A DNA stretch of 64,000 bases, from assembly GCA_038801785.1 (NCBI GenBank), contig JAULTD010000003.1, positions 218,021 to 282,020 on the forward strand. The letters run 5' to 3'. Made by a program: the position numbers and the translations under genes. This DNA is from Candidatus Methanomethylicaceae archaeon GD_Cm_T35_P0_bin.15 (GTDB lineage: Archaea > Thermoproteota > Methanomethylicia > Methanomethylicales > Methanomethylicaceae). The notes below the pieces were generated by a model. That model saw only the letters and a program-made list of their open reading frames with translations, was not told where the DNA came from and ran no database searches. This document shows, piece by piece, positions 9,618-19,715 of the stretch. How positions within the stretch are numbered: the stretch's first letter is position 1; each line of letters opens with the position of its first letter.

Positions 9618-9739
9618 TAATGGACACCACTATCGGCAGAATAAAAGCCCCTACTATTTAAAATCTTTTCCTGCATCGCTTTCTCGCACTCCCTTAAATA
9701 TCGCCGCCGGGAGTTAAGACATGTAGTCCGGTGGGACCA

Positions 9740-10363
9740 ATGATAGAGGTGGAGGTAAAGGCGAGGATCGAGCCGTCGGAAATTGCCGACATCGAGAGGG
9801 GGATCATGGAGATCGGCGGCGTGCCGGCCGGGGAGGGGTGGCAGGAGGACATCTACTTCAGGCACCCCTGCAGGGACTTTGCGGATAGCGACGAGGCGCT
9901 GAGGCTCAGGAGGGAGCGAAGGAGGGGCAGGGGGAGGGGCAGGGGCAGGGGCGGTGGAAACGCGATCCTCACGTACAAAGGGAGGCGCCTGAAGGCGGAG
10001 GTCAAGGCGAGGGAGGAGCGGGAGGTCATGGTCAGCGATTTTGACGGGGCTAGGGCGATCCTTGAGGGGGTAGGATTCACCGAGGGCGCGACAGTAAGAA
10101 AGAGGCGCAGGAAGTTCATCCTGGGGGAGGGGATGACCGTCTCGCTCGACTCGGTGGAGGGACTGGGGGAGTTTGTGGAGGTGGAGGTGGAGGTGGAGGC
10201 GAGGCCTGGGTCGGGGGCGGAGTCCCACGGAGCCATCAGGGAGGAGGTCAGCTCGAAGGTTCTGGCCATAGCAGAGAGGCTCGGACTCCCGAGAGAGAGG
10301 CTGACGACTGAGCCTTACCTGGTGCTGCTCTCGCGGATCTCCAGCTCGAGGGCCTCGAGGTAA
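9740..10363 (+). CDS. CYTH domain protein (class IV adenylyl cyclase / triphosphatase-like)
   Basis: MIEVEVKARI start and EALRLRRE ... ILTYKG ... GEFVEVEVE motifs. ATG 9740 is preferred over GTG 9731. Contains an RRRGRGRGRGRGGG insertion. Confidence 0.8.
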   Translation: MIEVEVKARIEPSEIADIERGIMEIGGVPAGEGWQEDIYFRHPCRDFADSDEALRLRRERRRGRGRGRGRGGGNAILTYKGRRLKAEVKAREEREVMVSDFDGARAILEGVGFTEGATVRKRRRKFILGEGMTVSLDSVEGLGEFVEVEVEVEARPGSGAESHGAIREEVSSKVLAIAERLGLPRERLTTEPYLVLLSRISSSRASR

Positions 10364-10920
10364 CGCCTCAGAACCTCTGTCCTCGGTCTAGCCATCTCCC
10401 TCGCGGTCTCTGTGTAGAGCAGATCCTCGAGCTTGAGCAGCTTCTCCCTTATGTGCTCGCCCACCTTCTCTGCCGAATAGCCGTGTTCGGTATTGTACTG
10501 CACAGTCCTGTATATACCGATCGCGCCCATCGCGTCGAGCCTGTCCGCATCGGAGAGGACCTTCGCCTCGATCGAGGTGGCGGCCCTGCCAGAGGAGAAG
10601 CTGTGCGCCATGACGGCTTCTGCCACCCGCTGGATGAAGGCGGGCTCCAGGCCCATGGGTGTCAGTACCTCCAAGGTGAACTCGGCGCTCTTACGGGCGT
10701 GATCGCGCTCATCCGATGCCCGGCCGGAGTCGTGGAGGAGGGCGGCGGCGTCGAGGATGCGTAGGTCGGCCCCTTCCCTCTCGCCTATCACCCTGCAGAG
10801 AGCCCTCACCCTCTCGACGTGCTCCCAGCCGTGGCAGCCGTTCTCGGTGAAGCGTCTCCGGCAGATCTTCTCAAGGGAGTTGTCCAAGCGTCCTGAGTTC
10901 GACATGCGGTTCCCTGCCAT
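10315..10920 (-). CDS. HD domain metal-dependent phosphohydrolase
   Basis: Contains WEHVERV ... LLHDSGR (HD motif). Confidence 0.8.
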   Translation of the reverse strand: MAGNRMSNSGRLDNSLEKICRRRFTENGCHGWEHVERVRALCRVIGEREGADLRILDAAALLHDSGRASDERDHARKSAEFTLEVLTPMGLEPAFIQRVAEAVMAHSFSSGRAATSIEAKVLSDADRLDAMGAIGIYRTVQYNTEHGYSAEKVGEHIREKLLKLEDLLYTETAREMARPRTEVLRRYLEALELEIRESSTR

Positions 10921-11566
10921 CGTCCAGATCGACTATCGCGTACTGATCCCTGAGGAGACTCCCGGGATTAAAGACTAGGCTCCTGCCCAGCCGCTCCACG
11001 CCCGCAGCCTCATGTATGTGCCCACACTGGACGAGGAGGGGGGATGCCTCCAGTATCAGGTCCCTCAGAAGCCGGCTGCCGACGTGCATCCCCGTGCGCG
11101 TGAGGTCGACGGTGGTCGCAAGCGGGGGGTTGTGGGTCAGTAACATCACCCTGCGGGGCTCTGCATCCGCCGCGCAGCCTGCGATCCCCTCCCTGATCCG
11201 TCTCACGAGCTCATCCTCGCTCGTCTCGAACGGGGTGTCGAAAGGCGTCGGCGTGGATCCCCCGGCACCGGTCACCGCCACCCCCTTCACGACCGTGCAG
11301 CGGGAGTCTACGTATGAGCCGCCCGCCCCCCTGCCGTCGAATTCCGGCGGGTCGCAGTTGCCGAGGACGTAGCAGAACGGGATGCCGTACATCCCGACAG
11401 ACTCGAGGACGTATTTGACGTCGGCGGGCCTGCCAAAGTGGGAGATGTCGCCGGAGATCGTGATCAGCTCCACGCCCCGGGTCGCCGACGCTTCAATGGC
11501 AGCCTTGAGCTTGGACACCTTGCCGTGCACGTCGGAGATCGCTAGTAGCCTAATAGGTCTCACCAT
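10871..11566 (-). CDS. Calcineurin-like metallophosphoesterase
   Basis: Motifs ISDVHG, SGDISHFG, GNCD and GHIH. Confidence 0.8.
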   Translation of the reverse strand: MVRPIRLLAISDVHGKVSKLKAAIEASATRGVELITISGDISHFGRPADVKYVLESVGMYGIPFCYVLGNCDPPEFDGRGAGGSYVDSRCTVVKGVAVTGAGGSTPTPFDTPFETSEDELVRRIREGIAGCAADAEPRRVMLLTHNPPLATTVDLTRTGMHVGSRLLRDLILEASPLLVQCGHIHEAAGVERLGRSLVFNPGSLLRDQYAIVDLDDGREPHVELRTLGQLP

Positions 11567-11615
11567 AAAGGTTTAAGGGGCGCCGAGCTTATCAATTTAC
11601 TCTCGGGTGTCTCTC

Positions 11616-11912
11616 TTGTGCTTGGCCATCCCGGCTAGGGTAGTCTCGATGGACGGGGATAAGGCAGAGGTGGATATCGGTGGGATAAGGAGGGGGGCGT
11701 CGCTCGCGCTCGTGAGCGGGATCAAGGTCGGCGACTATGTCCTGATACATACGGGGTATGCGATAGCCAAGATCGCCGAGGATGAAGCGGCATCTATCCT
11801 CGAGGCATTGAACGAGGTGGTGGCCGCGGGCAGGGGGGAGGAGGCCGGGGCTGGGGGCGCAGGGGCGGAAGAGGGCAGGTACATAAGCGGGGCGGAGGGG
11901 GGAGGGATCTGA
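11616..11912 (+). CDS. hypC: [NiFe]-hydrogenase maturation chaperone HypC
   Basis: The TTG at 11616 gives the canonical M-CLAIPARV N-terminus with the essential Cys2. The track start (GTG 11607) would bury that Cys. Stop overlaps the hypD start. Confidence 0.85.
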   Translation: MCLAIPARVVSMDGDKAEVDIGGIRRGASLALVSGIKVGDYVLIHTGYAIAKIAEDEAASILEALNEVVAAGRGEEAGAGGAGAEEGRYISGAEGGGI

Positions 11913-12994
11913 TGGAACTCGCCCCCCTCAGGGATAGGGGCGCCATACGCAGGATCGTGGAGGCCATAACCGCAGAGTCGAGGGGGTTGAGCCTCAGGAT
12001 AATGCATGTCTGCGGGACCCACGAGTGGGCGATCACCCACTACGGCATAAGGGATATGCTCCCGGGGAACATCAGGGTCATAGCCGGGCCCGGGTGCCCG
12101 GTCTGCGTCACCCCCGGTAATGAGATCGACGCCATCTGCGGCCTCGCGGCGGAGGGCGTGGCTGTCACGACCTTCGGCGATGTCTTGAGGGTGCCGGGGG
12201 TGAGCACATCCCTATCAGATGCGAAGGCGTCGGGCGGGGATGTGAGAACGGTTTACAGCATAGCGGATGCAATAAGGATGGCGGGCGAGGAAAGGGGGAG
12301 GGAGTTTGTCCACTTCTCAATCGGCTTCGAGACGACTGCTCCGATGCCGGCGATCGAGATCCGGCGGGGGCTGCCGGAGAACCTCACGATCTTCTCCGCA
12401 CATAAGCTGATCCCGCCGGCGATGGAGTTCCTCCTGGGAGGGGATGTTGGGGTGGACGGTTTCATCTGCCCGGGCCACGTCTCGACGATCATCGGGGTGA
12501 GACCCTTCGAGGACCTTGCCAGGAGGTTCGGGAGGCCGATGGTTGTAGTCGGGTTCGAGCCCCTAGACGTCCTCATCGGCATACTCTCGGTGGTGAGGCA
12601 GGCCCGGCGTGGGACCCACTTTGCGGAGAATGCCTACAAGAGGGCGGTCAGGTATGAGGGGAATGCTATCGCCCTGCGGGCCCTGGAGGAGGTATTCGAG
12701 GTGAGGGATTCCTACTGGAGGGGCATAGGCAGGATCGGGGCATCCGGCCTCGCCCTGCGCGAGGAGTATGGACGATACGACGCCGTCATGAGGTTCGGCA
12801 TGAGGATCCCTGAGGGCGACGAGATGCCCGCGGGCTGCCTCTGCGGGAGTGTCCTGAAGGGTGCGGTCTCCCCCGAGGAGTGCCCGCTCTTCGGAAAGAG
12901 CTGCACGCCGGCCCATCCCGTGGGGCCATGCATGGTCAGCACGGAGGGGACCTGTGCGATCGCCAACAAGTATGCGGCAAAGAGGGCGCTTTAG
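11912..12994 (+). CDS. hypD: [NiFe]-hydrogenase maturation factor HypD
   Basis: 360 aa with motifs HVCGTHE, GPGCPVCV, FETTAP and C-terminal Cys-rich GFICPGHV. Confidence 0.92.
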   Translation: MELAPLRDRGAIRRIVEAITAESRGLSLRIMHVCGTHEWAITHYGIRDMLPGNIRVIAGPGCPVCVTPGNEIDAICGLAAEGVAVTTFGDVLRVPGVSTSLSDAKASGGDVRTVYSIADAIRMAGEERGREFVHFSIGFETTAPMPAIEIRRGLPENLTIFSAHKLIPPAMEFLLGGDVGVDGFICPGHVSTIIGVRPFEDLARRFGRPMVVVGFEPLDVLIGILSVVRQARRGTHFAENAYKRAVRYEGNAIALRALEEVFEVRDSYWRGIGRIGASGLALREEYGRYDAVMRFGMRIPEGDEMPAGCLCGSVLKGAVSPEECPLFGKSCTPAHPVGPCMVSTEGTCAIANKYAAKRAL

Positions 12995-13069
12995 GGCAGG
13001 ACGGTAGGATAAAACAAGAGAGGAGCATAAGGGAGAGGCAAGGAAGGGGGAGGGGGAAGGGGGGACGGG

Positions 13070-14218
13070 TCAGAAGTCGAGGAGCGGGACTGCCGTCCTG
13101 ATTCCTTTACCGAGCTCTCCGGCGTATCCGAGTTCGTGGAGAGATGCCTCCACCGCCGAGACCGTGGTGAGCACTTCCCGCGGCGTGACTATGCCCATGT
13201 TGCCGATCCTGAAGATCGAGTCCTTGAGCTTGCCGAATCCGCCTGCGACGACGACGCCGTACTTCTTCCTCAGCCTGTCTTTCAAGTCCTTTGAGGAGAT
13301 CCCTCCGGGCATGCTGATGGCGACGACCACATTGGACCTTGCATCTGGGGAGGCGAAGAGCGGGAGCCCCATCGATCCGAAGGCTGCATAGTAGGCGGCT
13401 GCCGCCTTCCTGTGCCTGCCGATCCAGGTTTCCAGGCCGGCCTCGAGTATCATCTGGAGGGCCTCATCCAGCGCGAAGAAGAGGTTCACCGCGGGGGTGA
13501 AAGGCGTCTCCTTCTTCTCGTCCCGGAAGGTCCGGCACTTTATGAGGTCGAAGTAGACGTTGCGCGGCTTGCTCCTCTCGATCAGTTTCCAAGCGTCCCT
13601 GCTCACGGATATGGGCGCCAGGCCCGGCGGGGTGGCGAGGCACTTCTGCGACGCGGTGATGCAGACGTCCACGCCCCACTTGTCCACGGGCAGGTCGTCG
13701 CCGCCGAGAACCGAGATGGCATCGACTATGAAGAGGGCACCGGCCTCCTTCGCCGCGTTGCCTATCTCCCCGAGTTCCCTGACGGTCGTCCCCGTCGAGG
13801 TCTCGTTGTAGACGACCGCCACCGCTTTGACATCGCGCTCCCTCTTCAGCGCTTCGCGCACCTGCTCGGCGGTGGGCGCCCCGCCCATCTCCACCCTCAG
13901 CTCTGAAACCCGGGCGCCGTAGCATCTGAAGGCCTCGGCCAGGCGCTCTGCGAAGGTGCCGCAGACCGGGACCAGGATCTTCTCGCCCGGCAGGAGGATG
14001 TTGCTCGCGGCGCACTCGATGCCGCCTGTCCCGGACGAGGTCAGGACGAAGAGATCGTTCTCTGTCTGGAAGACTTTCTTGCAGTTGTCGAGGAGGCGGG
14101 GATACAGCTCGTGGAACTCGGCCCCCCTGTGGTTGATCATGGGCCGGCACATGGCTGCATATACCCTGGCCGGCACGTTGGTCGGCCCGGGGAGCATGAT
14201 AAGCTGCGGCAGACTCAT
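13070..14218 (-). CDS. Class V aminotransferase (serine-glyoxylate / phosphoserine aminotransferase-like)
   Basis: 382 aa. PGPTNVP start and SQKCL PLP-lysine region are typical of the AGXT family. Confidence 0.85.
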   Translation of the reverse strand: MSLPQLIMLPGPTNVPARVYAAMCRPMINHRGAEFHELYPRLLDNCKKVFQTENDLFVLTSSGTGGIECAASNILLPGEKILVPVCGTFAERLAEAFRCYGARVSELRVEMGGAPTAEQVREALKRERDVKAVAVVYNETSTGTTVRELGEIGNAAKEAGALFIVDAISVLGGDDLPVDKWGVDVCITASQKCLATPPGLAPISVSRDAWKLIERSKPRNVYFDLIKCRTFRDEKKETPFTPAVNLFFALDEALQMILEAGLETWIGRHRKAAAAYYAAFGSMGLPLFASPDARSNVVVAISMPGGISSKDLKDRLRKKYGVVVAGGFGKLKDSIFRIGNMGIVTPREVLTTVSAVEASLHELGYAGELGKGIRTAVPLLDF

Positions 14219-14295
14219 AACCGCTACACCACCTAATCAGAGACGGGGAGAGTTATTATATAGGTTTCGATGATCACGGGACGGGGGAAGGGCTC

Positions 14296-15054
14296 TTGGT
14301 CGTGGTGACGCTCACGGCGGACTTCAGGGGCCACTACATCGGGATCATGAAGGGTGTAATAAAGAGCCTGGCGCCCTCGGCCGAGGTGATCGAGCTCTCG
14401 ACAGAGGTCGCGCCTTTCATGGTGAAGGAGGGGGCGTTCGTGCTCTACTCGTCGTATAGGTACTTCCCGCGTGGGACGATCCATGTGGCGGTCGTGGACC
14501 CAGGCGTCGGATCGGGCAGGAGGGCACTGGCGGTCAGGACCAGGAACCATGCCTTCGTCGGACCGGACAACGGCGTCCTCTCGCTGGCGGCCCTTGATGA
14601 CGGGGTCCTGGAGGTCAGGGAGATCACGCGGTTCCCCAGCTCTCGCACCTTTGACGGCAGGGACGTCTTCGCGCCAGCCGCGGCCCACATCGCCGGTGGC
14701 GGCGGCCTCGACGGGCTGGGCAGGGAGATCGGCACAAACGACTTTGTAAGGCTGGAGCTCATCGCAGAGCGGGCTGGCCGATCCGTCTTCTGTGAGGTCA
14801 TCTCGGCAGACAGGTTCGGCAACCTCACCCTCAGCTTGAGGGGGGAGGAGGGCGGCCTCGGCGACTGCGAACTGGTCGCAGGGGGGAGGAGCTTCGGCCT
14901 CAGGCGGGCAGGCAGCTATTCGGAGGGAGGGGGAGGGCTAATGCTGATAGTCGGAAGCGCAGGGTTCTATGAGATCGCTGCCAGGGAGGGAAGCGCCGCG
15001 GCGATAACCGGGGCAACGGTAGGGAGCAGGGTGGAGCTGAGGCAGGGGCCGTGA
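14296..15054 (+). CDS. SAM hydroxide adenosyltransferase (DUF62 / SAM hydrolase family)
   Basis: Contains TLTADFRGHYIGIMKGVI ... HVAVVDPGVGS ... GPDNGVL ... F.GRDVFAP. Confidence 0.8.
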   Translation: MVVVTLTADFRGHYIGIMKGVIKSLAPSAEVIELSTEVAPFMVKEGAFVLYSSYRYFPRGTIHVAVVDPGVGSGRRALAVRTRNHAFVGPDNGVLSLAALDDGVLEVREITRFPSSRTFDGRDVFAPAAAHIAGGGGLDGLGREIGTNDFVRLELIAERAGRSVFCEVISADRFGNLTLSLRGEEGGLGDCELVAGGRSFGLRRAGSYSEGGGGLMLIVGSAGFYEIAAREGSAAAITGATVGSRVELRQGP

Positions 15055-15079
15055 GCCCAGTTAAGCTTTTTAGAGCTAG

Positions 15080-15661
<582 letters not shown>

Positions 15662-16231
15662 TCACGAATGCCGGGTCGCCAACGTTTTGCTTTTCGCATC
15701 TCTTTGCCCTGCCTTTACCTTGCCGTCCTCGATCTCGAACCCTTCATTCCGGAGGAGGTGGGCTTTTGTGCTTCCTAGACCAAAGCCTCCCAGGCTCCGG
15801 TCGGATCTTACCACCCTGTGGCACGGGATGATCAGTGGGTAGGGATTATTTGCCATAATATTGCCGACTGCCCTGTAGGCCCTCGGCCTCCCGGCCGACT
15901 CGGCAACCTCCCGGTATGAGCGGACGGTCCCCTTCGGGATTGCCTTCACGCAGGCCAGTACACGCCGGGCAAAGTCCGTCATGCCGTCGAAGCAGAGGGC
16001 GGGCTCTGTGCCCCTCCCCCCGACGAGGTACTCCGCGACCCTCCGGGCCCCCTCGCTCGTGTCGTCTATGACGAACTCGGTGATGCCCCGCTTCCTGAGG
16101 GCACAGAGAACGTACCGCCTCGAGTCCTCAACACCGCTCATCGAGAAGGCGTCCGCCAAGAGCACACCGTCCCTCATAGCGACGGTCACATGGAGGCCGC
16201 CGGACTTGAAGGTCGAGACTGTTACGGGCAT
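15662..16231 (-). CDS. ogt: Methylated-DNA-protein-cysteine methyltransferase
   Basis: Active site IIPCHRVV. ATG 16231 (MPVTVSTFKSGG) chosen as start. The 335-aa track ORF extends antisense into rtcA and is not credible. Confidence 0.85.
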   Translation of the reverse strand: MPVTVSTFKSGGLHVTVAMRDGVLLADAFSMSGVEDSRRYVLCALRKRGITEFVIDDTSEGARRVAEYLVGGRGTEPALCFDGMTDFARRVLACVKAIPKGTVRSYREVAESAGRPRAYRAVGNIMANNPYPLIIPCHRVVRSDRSLGGFGLGSTKAHLLRNEGFEIEDGKVKAGQRDAKSKTLATRHS

Positions 16232-16283
16232 GGCTGCCACCGAACGATATAGAGATATAGCGAGTAAAATAAAGTATCGATCC

Positions 16284-17336
16284 ATGATCGAGATCGACGG
16301 GTCGTTCGGCGAGGGCGGAGGGCAGCTCCTGAGGGGGGCGGTGGCACTCTCGTGCCTCACCGGGGAGGTGTTGAGGGTCCATAGCATAAGAGGCCGGAGG
16401 CCCAAACCCGGACTGCAGGCCCAGCACCTCGAGAGCATACGGGCAGCCGCGGCCGTCTCGGGCGCGGAAGCAGAGGGCCTCAAGATGGGCAGCACTGAAC
16501 TGACGTTCAGACCGTCATCGATCAGGGGAGGGGCATATAGCATAGATATAAAGACGGCAGGGAGCGTCACCCTCGTCATCCAGACCCTGCTCCCCATTCT
16601 CGCGTTCGCTGACTCGCCATCAGAGGTGCGGATTGCAGGAGGGACTGACGTCAACTGGAGCCCGCCCATCGACTATATGAGGTATGTGGCGCTCCCCAAC
16701 CTCCAGCTGATGGGGATCGAGTCGGCGATCGAGCTGCTGCGGCGGGGCCACTTCCCGAGGGGCGGCGGGGAGGCCATCCTCAGGGTAAAGCCTGTGAGGA
16801 TGCTCAAGCCGCTCAGAGCTGTCGAACGCGGCCGGGTGGAACGGATCAGGGGCATATCACACTGTACCAACCTCCCGCCACATGTCGCCTCGAGGCAGGC
16901 GGCGGCAGCGATGAAGATCCTGAAGGGATACAGCAACGTCAGGATAACGGACGAGGCGAACCGCGGGGCAGGGCCCGGAAGCGGGATAGTCCTCTGGGCC
17001 GAGACGGCAGGAGGGACCAAGATAGGCGGGGATGCTCTCGGAGCCAGGGAGAGGAGGGCCGAGGAGGTGGGGGCGGAGGCGGCCGAGAAGCTCCTCTCCG
17101 AGCTGCAGAAAGGGATGGCGGTGGACAGTCATATGGCGGACATGCTCATCCTCTACGCCTCGCTGGCGCCAGGAACTTCCGAGCTGGGGGCGAGCTCCCT
17201 AACCCTCCACTCGGAGACGATGATCTGGCTCTCAAGCCGCATAATAGGGGCGGAGTGGACTGTCAGGCGTGCGCCAAACGGGTCGGCCGTAATCCGGACA
17301 GAAGGGATAGGCCTGATCAATAGCAGGCTGCCATAG
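16284..17336 (+). CDS. rtcA: RNA 3'-terminal phosphate cyclase
   Basis: MIEIDGSFGEGGGQLLRGAVALS is the canonical RtcA N-terminus, followed by SHMADML. ATG 16284 is within the longer track ORF. Confidence 0.9.
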   Translation: MIEIDGSFGEGGGQLLRGAVALSCLTGEVLRVHSIRGRRPKPGLQAQHLESIRAAAAVSGAEAEGLKMGSTELTFRPSSIRGGAYSIDIKTAGSVTLVIQTLLPILAFADSPSEVRIAGGTDVNWSPPIDYMRYVALPNLQLMGIESAIELLRRGHFPRGGGEAILRVKPVRMLKPLRAVERGRVERIRGISHCTNLPPHVASRQAAAAMKILKGYSNVRITDEANRGAGPGSGIVLWAETAGGTKIGGDALGARERRAEEVGAEAAEKLLSELQKGMAVDSHMADMLILYASLAPGTSELGASSLTLHSETMIWLSSRIIGAEWTVRRAPNGSAVIRTEGIGLINSRLP

Positions 17337-17394
17337 CACGACCTGAGTAGAGCAGGGGAGGGGCGGGCCGGACAGGGGCCGGAGGAGGATCACC

Positions 17395-18474
17395 TCAGCC
17401 TTCATGCCTCCGGCCGGCGGAATCAGCGGCAGATTTGTCCGCCCCGCGCGGCGGGGCAGCCGCGGCCCTCGCGCTTATGTTTTCTGCGACCGCCTTCCCG
17501 ATCTTTGCGAGGAAACCGTCCAGCCCCTCCCGCCTCGCGGCCGATATGGCCTCGCCCGGCCCGAAGAGCCGCTCCGCCTCTTCCATCTGGGACCGGGATG
17601 CGGCATCAGTCTTGTTGAAGAAGGCAACAATCTCCTTGCCGAAGGCGCCTTTTATCTCCTCGTAGAGGTGCCTCTGGCTTGCCAGCGAGAATCCGTTCGC
17701 CTCAGAGGCATCCACTATGAAGGCGATCACATCGGCGAGTTCCCTCAGCGCCGTGATGGCCAGCAGCTCCACCTTGTTCCTGTCGGCCAAGGGCCTGTCT
17801 AGGAGACCGGGGGTATCGACCAGCTGAATATCGAGATACCCAGCCTTGGTATGACCGATTATCACCTCCTTTGTGGTGAAGGGATAAGGGCGGACCTCGG
17901 GCCTGGCCCTCGAGAGGGCGCCCACCAAGGTCGATTTGCCGACGCCGGGGTAGCCGGCCAGGACTACAGTGGGGATGGAGGGATCGGCGGTGGGCAGGTC
18001 CTTCATCTTCTCCCTCAGTGATGCAATAACCGAGAGGTCCTTGTCGGCCTTCCGGATGATCGATGATGCCCTTCCGAAGAATGCCCGCCTTGCACGCGCA
18101 GCATCGGCAGGCTTCTTGGCGTACCTGACGCTGGCCTGGCTCCTCTTTGCAATCTCATGTATCACCCTTGAGGCCCTGCTCAGCCGGCCGAGTGCGGACT
18201 TGGCGGCATCGGTCCCTACGAGGATCTCGAGCAGGTCCTTGTAGAAGGGGTGCATGTTCTCGATAGTCGGGACGGATTTGACAACCGATTCGAGGTAGGC
18301 GCAGGCGGTCTTCTCCGCGATCTTTATTCTCTTCTCCTCCCGTCTCCTTGCCTTGATTATAGGGGGGACCTTTGCGGGGAGCTCGATCTCCGCGCTGACC
18401 GCCTCCCTAAATGACTTGTTGATGAGTTCCTCTGCCGTCAGTACCGTAGGCATTGCTTCAAACGGCTGTCTCAA
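17395..18474 (-). CDS. Nog1-type GTP-binding protein
   Basis: NOG1 N-terminal domain plus G domain (GYPGVGKSTLV, DTPGLLDR, NKTD). Confidence 0.85.
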   Translation of the reverse strand: MRQPFEAMPTVLTAEELINKSFREAVSAEIELPAKVPPIIKARRREEKRIKIAEKTACAYLESVVKSVPTIENMHPFYKDLLEILVGTDAAKSALGRLSRASRVIHEIAKRSQASVRYAKKPADAARARRAFFGRASSIIRKADKDLSVIASLREKMKDLPTADPSIPTVVLAGYPGVGKSTLVGALSRARPEVRPYPFTTKEVIIGHTKAGYLDIQLVDTPGLLDRPLADRNKVELLAITALRELADVIAFIVDASEANGFSLASQRHLYEEIKGAFGKEIVAFFNKTDAASRSQMEEAERLFGPGEAISAARREGLDGFLAKIGKAVAENISARAAAAPPRGADKSAADSAGRRHEG

Positions 18475-18835
18475 CTGTACCAGTCCTCCTGCTCTTCCAT
18501 ATTGTCTGCGATCCCCTTCTTATCAAGAGGATACGGTGGAAGGGGATTACCACCACCTCGTCGCTGCCGCTGCCATCGCAGCTGCCACCGGTGCTGGCGC
18601 CGTCAACACATATGAGGGCCCTCGGGGCGATGTCTCTGATGTCGCGGCCGCGGATCACCCTCACATTGCGGGGGGCACCCCGGTGGACGATGACGACTTC
18701 TACATCGTCCAGCCCCCTCCCGCTGGCCCACTTTTCCCTATTCAGTATTGCCCGTATGGTCGACATCTCGGTCAGCCCGGGATGCATCCCGCGGATGCCT
18801 TTGCACTCTATTGCAGCAAGAACCCTCTTATTCAT
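18458..18835 (-). CDS. UPF0248 / MJ1316 (DUF504) domain protein (start uncertain)
   Basis: LNREKW ... VHRGAPRN..VIRGRDI ... IPFHRILLIRR motifs match the UPF0248 family. Alternative starts at internal Met17 and Met24. Confidence 0.7.
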   Translation of the reverse strand: MNKRVLAAIECKGIRGMHPGLTEMSTIRAILNREKWASGRGLDDVEVVIVHRGAPRNVRVIRGRDIRDIAPRALICVDGASTGGSCDGSGSDEVVVIPFHRILLIRRGSQTIWKSRRTGTVETAV

Positions 18836-18931
18836 TTATCGCAGTAGGAGCGCATCGCCGGGGATGAGGGGGCAAAGACTAAAAGCTTATTTAATGCGCA
18901 TAGCAACCTTTGAGTAACGAGGAGTATTTGT

Positions 18932-19546
18932 ATGCCTGAAGCCCAGTTCGGCAATATCGTTGTGGGCGCCACCACGTTGGGCATCGTCTGCAAGGACGGG
19001 GTCGTGCTCTCGAGTGAGAAGAGGGTCTCTTACGGTTACTCAATCATGAGCAAGTCGGGCAAGAAGGTCTTTGCTATCAACGAGAGGATCGGTGTGGGCT
19101 TTGCAGGCCTCATATCCGATGCGCAGGCGGTCCTGCGGAACATTGCGGCCCAGATAAGGCTCTACGAGCTGGAGAACCATGTCCCTATGAGCGTCAAATC
19201 AGCATCGAAGCTGCTGGCGAACATGCTCTACTCCCAGCGGCACTACCCGATGTTCACCGAGACGATAATCGCCGGGATAGATGAGGACGGGCCCAAGCTC
19301 TTCGTCCTAGACGCCCTGGGATCGCTCATAGGCGACAAGTATGCCACCTTGGGCACCGGAGGGTCCCTCGCGATGAGCGTCATCGAGCAGACCTACAAGC
19401 CGGAGATCACTACAGAGGAGGCGGAGGAGCTCGCCGTGAGGGCGGTCAGGCTCGCGATCGCCAGAGATATAGCCTCCGGGGATGGCATCGACGTCGTCAG
19501 GATCACCAAGGAAGGGGCCAAGGAAGAGTTCTTCCCGGTCAAGTGA
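18932..19546 (+). CDS. psmB: Proteasome beta subunit (paralog 2)
   Basis: Short propeptide then GA|TTLGIVCKDGVVLSSEKRVS. Confidence 0.9.
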   Translation: MPEAQFGNIVVGATTLGIVCKDGVVLSSEKRVSYGYSIMSKSGKKVFAINERIGVGFAGLISDAQAVLRNIAAQIRLYELENHVPMSVKSASKLLANMLYSQRHYPMFTETIIAGIDEDGPKLFVLDALGSLIGDKYATLGTGGSLAMSVIEQTYKPEITTEEAEELAVRAVRLAIARDIASGDGIDVVRITKEGAKEEFFPVK

Positions 19547-19715
19547 GGGGGGTCCGGACCGGTCGCTGGGCGACCTTTAGCCGGAGTACGCGCCGCGTCA
19601 TGGCAACTGCGGAGTGGCCGGCGGAGCCCCCCAAACCCGTCTGATCGAGCACCGCACTTGGGGGCGCAAGGTAAATCTTTGGGAGGCGTATAGTAGTCTA
19701 TGGCTGGTGTAGCGT

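Noticed and set aside
13464-14150. 228-aa ORF in an alternative frame on the same (minus) strand as the class V aminotransferase gene
   Set aside because: An Arg/Gly/Pro-rich shadow frame. The aminotransferase frame is clearly the coding one.
15662-16669. Long forms of the ogt (335 aa) and rtcA (451 aa) track ORFs that overlap each other antisense
   Set aside because: Family N-termini (MPVTVSTF... for Ogt, MIEIDGSFGEGGGQLLR for RtcA) lie at internal ATGs (16231 and 16284). The extensions are mutually antisense and non-protein-like.
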